Shown here: positions 38,643 to 49,702 of the stretch, piece after piece
How the letters are laid out: every line of letters starts with the position of its first letter
How positions within the stretch are numbered: position 1 is the first letter of the stretch
From: Conidiobolus incongruus B7586
Lineage: Eukaryota
NCBI GenBank assembly: GCA_000697335.1
Contig: JNEM01012695.1
Coordinates: 1 to 61,254 of the forward strand
Length of the DNA: 61,254 nucleotides
Direction of reading: 5' to 3'
The notes under the pieces: generated by a model
Told to the model about the DNA's origin: nothing
Databases searched by the model: none
Seen by the model: the letters and a program-made list of their open reading frames with translations, nothing else
Translations under genes and position numbers: made by a program

Positions 38643-40441
38643 ATGCAACATTCAAAATTTATTAACGATCCCATCCATGTAAATAAGACTGACAAATAGT
38701 TAATAGTCACATATTAACATTAGTATAACTTAGGAATATATCGAATTGGACAAGTACACCTTATCGATATTGGATACCGAAACGTTCCAAAGACTTAGAA
38801 ATTTGCACCAATTGGGCTGTACTTATATGGTATTTCCAGGTGCGACTCATAAACGTTTTGAACATTCTATAGGTAATTCAACTCATTTCGATATTCCTAT
38901 TTTCAATATTTAATATTTGTATTTAGGTGTATCGCACTTAGCCAATACTTTGGTTAACAAATTTAAAGTGAAGCAACCAGAACTAGATATAAATGAAAGG
39001 GATGTTCGTTGCGTAACTTTAGCTGGACTCTGTCACGATTTGGGACATGGACCATTTAGTCATTTGTTTGATAACGAATTTTTACCTAGGGTCAGGTAAG
39101 ATAATACTAAACCACTGTAATTACAAGTTCAATGACCTATTGCATAAAAATTAGAAATGACTACTCCGAAAACGGTTGGACCCACGAAAAAGGATCCGAA
39201 GTATTACTCAATTATTTAATCGACGAGAATAATATTGATTTGCCAACTGACGACGTTAAATTTATCAATCAGCTTATTCAGGGTGCACCTCCATCCACTA
39301 CTCAATATATGGAGAAAGGCTTCCTTTTCGATATTGTCGCCAACAAGCGAAATTCTCTGGATGTGGATAAGTGGGACTACATAATGAGAGATTGTTATAA
39401 CGTTGGCGTGAAGTCGGGATATGATATTAAGAGGTATGTCAAATCTATGAATTTTTCTGGATATTTTATTTATAATATTTTAGATTAATCACTTTTTCAA
39501 AAGTTATTGATAATCAAATTTGTTACGATCAAAAGGAATCTTTTAATATTTATGAATTATTCCATACGAGATATAGTTTATTTAAGAGAGTTTACGGCCA
39601 TCGAGTAAGTAAGTGATAGCGAATTGATTTTCAAATATTCATCTCAACTATATTTGTTATTTATAGCTAAAGCAGTTGACCAAATGGTTGTCGATGCATT
39701 GCTAAAAGCTGATCCCTATTTAAAGATTTCTGAAAGTGTCGACAATCCAGAAGAATATCAATATTTAACGGATTCTATATTAGATGAAATCAGTCGATCT
39801 AAAGCTCCTGTAAATACTTATCCTATTTTTATTGAATTTTGTCTTATATTGTGTTTTTAGGAATTAAAAGAATCCCAATCCATCATAAAGAGAGTTCGTC
39901 GACGTGAATTTTACAAGCTTGCAGAAGGTTTAAGCTTCATTGGCAAGCAGGCAGAGACTATTCGCAGGGAACAAATTACTGCTGAAACCATTGCTACCCA
40001 CCAAAGCGTTAGTGAGTCGGGAATTAACTTATCTCCCGACGACATTGCAGTGTCTTGGACTGTGATGGGTTACTCCCCTCAAAGAAATCAAAATCCTATT
40101 AGTACTGTCAAACTTTATTCTAAACAAGAACCTAATCGTAATCAATATTTTATTGATTTTATCTAACAATACTAATCAGTCCTATAGAAGCTTCGAAATT
40201 CGAATTTTCACCAAGTTCCAACTTCTTACCGAGTCAATCCCATTGCGAAATTTGTTTAAGAGTATTTTCGAAAGACCCAGCCAATGTAAATTAATCCTTC
40301 ACTTAATTTCCAGCATTTTTATTAACCAATCAATAGACGCACGCAGTGAAAATCGCCACTGGTAGACTACTTAAATCTCTGGGCATCAATCCCGAGCTCA
40401 ACAATTCGATGTCATCACCAGGATTCGATTTTTTAAGTTAA
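38643..40441 (+). CDS. SAMHD1-like HD-domain dNTP triphosphohydrolase without a SAM domain, ~456 aa
   Basis: Nine exons: 38643-38678, 38734-38872, 38927-39095, 39155-39433, 39484-39608, 39667-39809, 39861-40137, 40188-40285, 40337-40441. Motifs [56 protein letters not shown] and FHTRYSL.KRVY.H. Confidence 0.93.
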
Positions 40442-41040
40442 AAATAATTCCATCAACTTAAATTTTATTTGTACTAATCTTTCCCCTATTTATTTTATCA
40501 TATTACTCATATATTATTCTAATCAATTAGTTAAATGATTAATAAACTCCAGTTAAAAAACCGTTATGAATATATTGTATATTTCCGAAATTTATAATTT
40601 CAGTCATATTAATAGAATATTGAAAAAGAATTTTGAATATTTATATTAAGCAAATTGTAAATGAATTATAATTTTTGGTGATTTATTTAAAATAGATCCA
40701 TTTAAGTTAATTTTACAAATTAATATAAAATTATTTATCATTCATTTTAATAATTTTATCTTCATAATTTAACTAACTTTTCATTGATCCAAAATATTTT
40801 GAACTGATAATTTTGAATACAAAAATCTGTCATGGGTCAGCGTGATAATACCTAAAACAGGGTATATTAGGAACATCTAAAGGTCTTCAAAACAACTCAA
40901 GGTAAATAAAACAATTACTACAGGACAAGAAGGTATAAGAGAACAGATTAGAATAGTTAATCCAGCTATTTTTGACATTTCCTTAAAAAAACCTAAGAAC
41001 TAATAAATCAGTTTACTCAAAGCATAATACTTTATTTAGA

Positions 41041-41330
41041 TTAATTAACTATTACAATGGTAATGTTACGTTTTCTTTTCCCTTCTGCAATGTTTAAGGA
41101 AGTTTCCATTGTAGTCCTCACAGACATCAGTATTGGGATTAGCATTTACCCTTTTATGTGTAATGGTTAGCTGGGGAGGAACTTGGTTAATTACAGGAGG
41201 TAGTCGTTGAATAATGCGCGTGTGCCTACTAATGAGTTGGAGAATTCTTATACATCAGTGCGATGACCTCGTGATGAATTCTTCAGCCCTTCATTGGCGG
41301 ATCTTAGAGATCGTTGGCAAAATCATACAA
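41041..41330 (+). ncRNA. Candidate structured non-coding RNA, family unassigned
   Basis: GC-enriched island with no clean ORF. It carries a long bulged hairpin at 41229-41297 whose G-U pairs work only on the + strand, plus helices 41086-41113, 41115/41180 and 41042/41193. Confidence 0.35.
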
Positions 41331-41478
41331 TATTTATATTGCATTAATTAATCCCACAAATTTAATCTGTTAATTATATGATATAAATATTTGTTTTACG
41401 AATAATACAATTCCAAATAATTGATTTTATTCTAGTATTTAACAAAAAAATATAATTAATTAATTTTTAATCTGAAGG

Positions 41479-44137
41479 ATGAGTAATACAGGTTGGATAG
41501 TTGAAGATATAAAACCCAATACTAACCCAACGAAAATTAACAAGAATACAAAACAGCTAAAACCCAAATCAAAATCATCAAATTCTCAACCTAATACCAA
41601 ACTCCAGAAGAAGAATAAGGAAAAGAAAAAGAAAATAGAGTTATTCAGTGCCGATTCCGAAAATGAAGAAGAATTTCAAATACGTAAAAAATCCGAAATT
41701 GTTCAAGTGGATAAAGACCAAGTGTTAAACTTGACTAGCTATGATACTATTGATAACGACCAAGAACAAGCCAAAAGCACCGAAAAATTGACAAAATCTC
41801 AAAAACGTAAATTAAATAAACAGAATCGTAACAAGAATAAACAAGTAAATGATGATGAGTGGATGACACTCAGTACCCAAGCACCTCCACCAATGCCCAA
41901 GCCTAAGAGTATTGCGGGTAAAGAAATTATGTGGCAATCTGTCGATGCTCACGATTTGGTTGACGATGGGATGGAAGACGGTTTGGAAGGGTTCTTAGGG
42001 CTTGAAGTTGCCGATGGGATTGACTGCAATTGGGAGGAGCATGAAGGAGTTGGTAAATTGTTGAAGTTTACCAGTGTGGGCAATGTGAAGAAAAGGAAGT
42101 TGGATGACGATATTGAGGATGTTTATGAGATGCCATTGAATGAGGAGGAGATGAAAGGTTTTATCCATGTAGATAGTTTTGTTGAAGAGGGCGGAGTAAA
42201 TGATGAAGATGAGGAAGATAGTGAAGAGAACGATATTAATGAAAATAACGAAGTTGAAGAATCCGAAGAAGAGGATGAAGAGGATGAAAAAGATATTGAA
42301 GGGGAAGAAGAATCTGAAAATGAAGCAGATGAAGCACCCACATTAGTAAGCATTCCAGATGACGAATTAGAAGAAATCCAAGGTAGTTACTTTAATATTC
42401 AATTTAATAAAATATATACTAATCAGCATAATATTAGATAAATTAGGAGATTGGATTCACTACGAACTTCATAACAACATCATGAGAAGTTTACTCAAGC
42501 TCAATTTCTTAACACCAACCCAAGTGCAGAAGGATACTTTGATCAAATCGTTACATCAGAAGAGAGATATTGTAGCATCTGCCGAAACTGTAAATAGATA
42601 TATTTTATAATTGTACATTTTATATTAATAAAATTTTTAGGGTTCTGGTAAAACCTTAGCATTTGGTCTCCCCATCCTCCAACGCATTGCCGAAGTTGAT
42701 TTAACTGACCCTGACAACAAGAAAATTTATGGATTAATCTTAGCTCCCACCCGTGAATTAGCACTCCAAATCTCGCAACACTTGAAACAAGCTGGTCAAT
42801 TCATTCCCAAATTCTATGTTGGAACAATTGTCGGAGGACTGAGTGCTCAGAAACAGAATCGTATCTTGACGAAAATACCACACATTTTGGTAGCTACGCC
42901 GGGACGTCTTTGGGATATGGTTAGTAATAACAACGACTATTTGAAGCACATTAGACAAACCGAATTCCTAGTGTTGGATGAAGCTGATAGAATGTTAGAG
43001 AAAGGAAGGTTCAAGGAAGTTCAGCAATTGTTGCCAATGTTGGATAAGCAAATTGACAATATGCCCAAACCCAAGAGTCGTCAAACATTCATTTTTTCAG
43101 CAACTTTACCTAACCAATCCAACCTTGGCTCCAGTAAAAAGTTGGATAAGAAATCGGATGAAATGGGGATTCAAGATTTACTCAAGAATATCAAGTTTAG
43201 AGACTCGAAACCTTTCTATCTCAATTTAACTAAGGACGATCAAGGTCTTGCCTCAAAATTGGTCGAAAGCCGTATTGATTGTTTACTCGCTGACAAGTTC
43301 TTGTACCTCTACTATTTACTCTTGCGCTATCCTGGAAGAACCATCTGTTTCGTCAATTCTATCGACACCATCCGTCGTTTGATTCCTCAGTTGGAATTAT
43401 TGGGTGTTAAAGCTTATCCTTTACATGCTCAAATGCAACAAAAGCAACGTCTTAAGAATGTCGACAGATTCAAGACTTTAAGCAATGTTGTATTAGTTGC
43501 TAGTGATGTAGCCGCTCGCGGTTTAGATATTCCTCTTGTAGATCATGTCATCCACTACCAGCTCCCACGCACTGTCGATCTCTACATTCACAGATCAGGA
43601 CGTACTGCTCGTGGATCTGAATCCGGTATCAGTATCATGCTTTGCTGCCCTGAAGAATTCAAATTCTACACAATGGTATGTCGTCATCTCCAGAAGGAGC
43701 GAATCGACCATTTCGACGTCGACAATCTCCTCATCAAGAAGCTCAAGCCTAGAATTGCACTCGCCCAAGATATCGACCAACTCGTGCACAAAGGCCGCAA
43801 AGAAAAGGCCAATCGCAATTGGATCGAGCAGCAGGCCCAAAAGATGGATATCCTCGTTGACGAAGACTTTGTCGGCAAAGTCAAGAAATCCAGTGATCAT
43901 CAAGAACAAGACGCCCAAACCCAGCGAAAAATCCAAAAACTCAAAGACCAGCTCTCCAAACTGTTAAATGAAAAGATCGTTGAAATTGGCCAGAGTACCA
44001 AGTATTTGACGAAGTTTTATGGACCCAATGCCGATTTGGTCCAGAACTTGAATTTAAAAGACAGTATGACAGCTTTCAATGAGGATGATAAGCGATCAGC
44101 CCTCAAAGATGCTAAAAAAAGAAAGTTGAAGAAATAG
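41479..44137 (+). CDS. MAK5: DEAD-box RNA helicase Mak5/DDX24 (60S biogenesis), ~850 aa
   Basis: Exons 41479-42382, 42438-42589, 42641-44137. Basic and acidic N-terminus with a GFLGLEVAD-type Mak5 motif; AETGSGKTLAFGLP, PTRELA, TPGRL, DEAD, SAT, DVAARGLDIP, HRSGRTAR. Confidence 0.93.
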
Positions 44138-45367
44138 ACTTTAATAGATTATAGATTGAATTTTTTAGTAATAAATTAATTTAATTTTTTTAATTAAATC
44201 TTTATTCTGATTATTTTGACTTAATTACAGTTTTTTAATTTTATTCCATATTTGAAACAATTTTGAAATAATTCTAAATATTTGAATGAATAACAAATAA
44301 AATTAAAATATATTCCAGTTAATTAACTCAACTTTACAATTATAAACATAATATATTCAACTGAATATAATTTCAAATTCAATATATTAAACTAATCAAA
44401 AATATTATATATTATTAAGTACAGATGAATTTCTTTAAATTGATTTTGATAATTCAAAAAGTGTGGCATTCTGTAAATAAGGCACCCCCATAATTTTAGT
44501 ATTGTTCAATTGGATTTAATCTATTTTGAATTAATTCCTAATATTCACTATATTCAATTCAAACAATATTCAAAATGAAATTACAGTATTGAAAATAATT
44601 AAGTTTGACTTAAGAAATGTTAATCTTTTATTAATATATTGTTTGATATTCAATTATACTATATAGTGTATGCAAATTCATTTCAACCAAATTATATTTA
44701 TATATGTTATATTTAGTGTATAATAATTAAAATAATTAATAGCAATATTTTTCAATATTCAATATCCATTGAATATATACTATATCAATTTATAATATAT
44801 TATCTGAGGAAATGATAATAAAAATATATATAAGCAATTTTAAGATATGATTTTAAATATCAGACAATATATTAAATTAATGATTAATTTTTTATATTTT
44901 ATATAAATTCCAAAAAATAATGATTTATTAGGTAATTTTAAAATGTAAATAATATTATTAAGAGTATATATATATATTATGTGTGATATAATTTGACATG
45001 TTTAAGTTTCATTAAAATATATTAAATTATTATATAGTCCTTTGATTTTAGATCATATATTAATATATATTTAAACTAAATATAAAATTTACAAAAATTA
45101 ATAGGAAAATTAAATGATTCTAATTTATTCCATTTAGCTAATAAAGTATCAAAGCAAAGTATTAATAAGAAATCACTAAATATATTAAACAATATAAAAA
45201 TATTCATTTTGACATATGCCATTTATTATAAAGATTATTATTTTTGATAATATTTGAAATTATCATTGAATTAAATTTTATCAATTATCTTTTTATATTT
45301 ACACTATCTATAAAATTAAGTGTTGTGTTGATTTGATTATTGTTTGAAATATTTTTAAATAATAATA

Positions 45368-46686
45368 TTAGTATAGAAATTAAAAAATGGTAAATTTTTT
45401 AATTTCTGATCTTTCAAACATATTATACATTTTGAAAAATTATATATATATATATAAAATATATAGGAAAATAAATATTTTCAAACTATATATATATTTA
45501 ATTTTTATTATTTTTTTTTATTAAAATATTTTGATTTTAAATTTACACTTAAATTTAATCATATTTAAATTAGATTATAAATATCAAAAGGTTTTTATTT
45601 TTGTATCTTTAAAACTTAACTATAAACCCTTTAAAATTATTTAAAGCTTATAAATAACTTATTATAATAATATTTTATTTAAAACTACTATATATCACTA
45701 GATTTGTGATTTTAAAGCTAAAAAGAATATTATTTAAAATTTACTAAAATCTAAAAGATTAATTTCTATTGTTATTCTTTTACTTATTAATAAAATAAGA
45801 AAATATATTAAGAAATATCTTTTTATTTCTATTAAAGGATTATTAAAGTAATTTAATATTAATTATATAAGCATGCTATATTTACTTAAGTTTAAACTTA
45901 AATTAATTAATAAAAATATAAAATAGATACTTTATAATTTAACAAAAGCTTAAAAAAAACTAGAGTAGTTATAGCTAAATTAAACTTATTAAGATATAAT
46001 TAAAAAAAAGGTTTTTACAATAAATACTTATAATTAATAAATTTTAGATTTTTTTATATAATTCTTTATCTAAAACAAAATAAAATGTTGGGTTAAGTTA
46101 ACTTAATTTTTTTTACAAATTCTAATGAATAAATACTTTAAATATAAGTGAATGTTAATTATTGTAATAGATTATAATGGTATATGTTTTTTTATTTAAT
46201 ACCTCAAGGAAAATTAATTAATAATAAGTTATATATTATTTTTTTTAAATAAAACAATTTCTAAATAATATTCTCAATATAAATTAAAAACACTTATTAT
46301 TTTGTATAATAGTTATAAAATACATAAAACTAAAGCTATAAAAGATTTTTTATATAAAAAAATTAGAGGGAGTTATTATATCTAATATATTCACTTGATT
46401 ATAACCTAAGTGATTATAATTATTTTAGATAATTAAAAAAACAACTTACAAGAAAAAAAAATTCCTGTAAACAAATTAAATTAGTTTGTAAAACATTAAA
46501 TTTCAGTTTTTAATAAAAAGAACTGTTTTTTAAATATTAGAAACTTACCAAAAGTATAGAAAAGAGTTATTAATAATAAAAAAAGCTATTAATTTTATAT
46601 TATTCATTAATTTTTTTATATTATTTATTAATTTATTTGTTTAATTTCAATTTTAAAATTGTGCCATTACTTAATTTCTACACTAA
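45368..46686 (+). mobile_element. Full-length (1,319 bp) mariner-family DNA transposon with a dead transposase, heavily C>T/G>A mutated
   Basis: Imperfect ~32-bp TIRs (left ttagtatagaaattaaaaaatggtaaattttt; right reverse complement ttagtgtagaaattaagtaatggcacaatttt), each flanked by TA. Transposase relic ~45577-46592 keeps colinear mariner motifs: TTIYH*ICDFK and LLKSKRL (HTH, ..RSGRP), *ILYNLT (WVPHxLT), DYNGI...IPQGKLIN, YSLDYNLSDY (YSPDxxPSDY) and IRNLPKV*KRVINNKKSY*. Confidence 0.88.
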
Positions 46687-47069
46687 TATTTATATTTCTA
46701 CTAATAATTATTTGATCAATAAATTTAACAACTATAATTATTAAAATTATTAATATATTTTTATTACTAATAATATTATATGGATCAATAAATTATGAAT
46801 ATCAGAAGTTTGATAATATATCTAATTTATTTGTAAATATTAACTACTTTGTAAACTTTTTTCTATTTATATAAAACATTTGAATATATTAAGCTATCAA
46901 TCAATAATGATTGGCTAATCTTTTATGAAAATAGTAATAAACTTATCTTCAAATTATGCTTTAATTGATGATTAAGTAATTATTCCATTAAATAAAGTAG
47001 TTTGTAATCAAAAAAAATATCAATTTTGATATAAAAATCAATTTTAATCATTAATTCATATTGGTAGTA

Positions 47070-47305
47070 CTACCTCTGTTCCAAAATATCTAGAGAATTC
47101 ATTTGAGGAATTTGGGATTAATAAATTCTAAAGTATTGAAATAAAAGTTACCTGTACCTCATTTATATAATAATCATATTATTAAAAACAAAACACCATA
47201 AAGTGTAAACCAACTAATCCATTTTTAAATATAAAAATATTGATTAAAATTAGAAATTTCAAACTTTTCAATTATAAATCTCCAAGCATTTTGAAAGAGA
47301 GGTAG
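47070..47305. mobile_element. Stowaway-like (Tc1/mariner-derived) MITE, 236 bp
   Basis: TIRs ctacctctgttccaaaat... and ...attttgaaagagaggtag (16/18 match, extending to ~33 bp with mismatches), TA on both sides, AT-rich non-coding interior. The termini resemble the Stowaway CTCCCTCCGT consensus. Confidence 0.8.
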
Positions 47306-47488
47306 TATTTAATAAATCTATCAAATTTAACAATAAAATGTAATATAATCTATAATTCTCAATCTATAAGCAATAAAATATAAATTGTAATTTTAACTGA
47401 ATTAAAAAGTTGAATACTACAAATTAAAAAAACTAGTAAAAAATAAAGCACAGCACAAAATAATAAATAACTATTTATTATAAAAATA

Positions 47489-48062
47489 CTAATCAACTTC
47501 CAAATTGATAGATTGTCCGAATTTACCGTATAAAACCTTCTTTAATTCGTCCATTTTAGCTTTAATAGAGTCGATTTGTTCGATTTTTTCATTTAATTTG
47601 GATTTCGCTATTTCCAATCGATTTTCAATCTTTTCCCTAGCTTCTTCTACTTTGAGTTCGATAAAAATATCGTTAAATTGATATCTATACATCGAAGAAA
47701 TGAAGGTTATTTAGTAGTGATGATATTTAGGTTAGGTTTGGTTTTACTTGATTAACTCGTCTTCGTCAAGTAATTCAGTTTCCATTAAAAATTCTTCAAT
47801 ACCTTCAATTTCAGTCTAATGAAATAAATTATAAATAAGGTTGTAAATGTTAATAATATCAAAATATTTATACTTCTAAAGCTTTCTTCTCATCTTCCAA
47901 TTCCGTTGACTTAATATTTAATAAACTAAACTGGTTAATTTTATCTTGATCTTGTTGAGTTACTTGAACTTCACTCTCTTGTTCTCTTTCAATCTAATAA
48001 ATTATTGAATTAATATATTACATTACCATGTTAATTGATTTGATATTAATTACTAATTTCAT
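47489..48062 (-). CDS. GIM3: Prefoldin subunit 4, ~130 aa
   Basis: Exons 48062-48054 (MKL), 47993-47874, 47815-47748, 47684-47489. EVQVTQQDQDKINQFSLLN and MDELKKVLYGKFGQSINLE are PFDN4 signatures. The start exon is the least certain part. Confidence 0.9.
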
Positions 48063-49702
48063 TTTTTAATATATATAATATGGATGATTTATTCGATGAA
48101 TTGTTAAAGATAAACAATGAGTATTCTTACATTTAGCCAATGAATTGATGTCACCAAATATTATGGGTGAATTTTCAAATATCCCATAATAACTGAAATT
48201 TAATAATCCTCCTTAAATATTCTTTTTCTCTTGTCCAATAGTATTTTTAACCTTTTCCAGTTATTAAATTAATATCAATTAAAGATTTTTTGATAAATTT
48301 GTATTATTTATTAGTCAAAATGATATGAGTGAATTAATATAAATCCTTATTTGAGTAAAAGGAAGAGGTTAGAATAATACTTCTTATGGCGTTTGATGCT
48401 GCTGCTTTGTTATTTCAGCTAATATTTCTATTATTAACATCTCACTGAAATAACTTGGAGTGTGAATATTTTATCATTATCGTTGAAATTTTATACTTTA
48501 TTAAGAACTTAAATCAAAATAAATATTTTAAGATCAAAATTCGTTATTTTGATCAAAAAAATATTAATTTGCTTCGAATATTTTTGCCTTGTTGCAAAAT
48601 ATTCTGTTCAATTTAAATTTTTATTTCAATACTACTCTTAAATAATATCCAAAATTATTCTATAATCTGTATTAATTAAACTAGGAAATATTATTAAAAT
48701 TCGTATTATGAATGCTTGTTTTAGAATACCTTTTTAAACACTCTAAGTTATTGAATATTCCATATTAAATTTTTTGACTTGAATTGTTGAAATAAATTTA
48801 ATATTTAAATTACCCTCATATAATATTTATTTTGGTCAAGACAGTTGATTTTGAAGAACAATAATACTACAAATCCCACTTATTATAAATCTCAATTATA
48901 TTTATTGGATCCTACACTAATAACAATCTTAATTCTTACTTTATGTGTCTAATCAAAGATATCATATCAAACATCGATCAATTTTAATTTATATTGATAT
49001 AATATGTGGATCAAATTTGATTTTGTTGCTATAATATGCAAATTTATTAACTTAAATTTAATAGAATTCACTAAAATTATATAATTGAATATAAGTTGAT
49101 GAAAAAGTAAATAATTTTTTAATTTTTTAATTTTTTACCAAAATAATGAGAATATAAACGCTATAATAGCAAAAGATTTGTCTAGTATAGTAAAATTTTT
49201 AAATTAAACTTGTAGGACTAATTGGATAAGGAAAGTTGAGGTTCCACATTAGTTTTTAGTCATGGTTGAATTTATTAATAATCATTAATAATAGTTTGAA
49301 ATCTTATAAATAAAATAGAAATTCAAAATCTATTAGGTATTTATTAATGCTTAATAGCAAGGCTTCTAATTAGTATCTAATAGAGTATATCAATTTTTTT
49401 TCATTTTTAGCTCATTATAAAATATAATAAAAAATTTCAAGTTAAAAAATGATGATGTAAATTTAAAAACAACCTAGATTCTTCTATACATAACATCTAA
49501 TTGGTCAAACAAAAAGGCAACCAATTATTATGCGAAAAATTTATCTCACATTTAATTATGACAAAGCAAATAAAAAATTTTTCGTATATATTCAAGCAAA
49601 ATTCTCATTTTACCATTTTTTAAGTTTAATAATTATTAAAACCCCATCTTACTTACCACTTCACCCTTTTTTAATTATTAAATTTTTAAAGTATTATTAA
49701 AA

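Noticed and set aside
41041..41330. Telomerase RNA, SRP RNA, RNase MRP, group I intron or SECIS identity for the structured island
   Set aside because: No CUAACCCU template, no SRP helix-8 motif, poor P4 pairing, an R-like TCAACGACTA without an S element, and a SECIS core out of register.
48027..48029. Alternative ATG|GTAATG start for prefoldin 4
   Set aside because: It would need a 33-nt intron, well below the ~50-60 nt seen elsewhere; the MKL exon gives a 60-nt intron.
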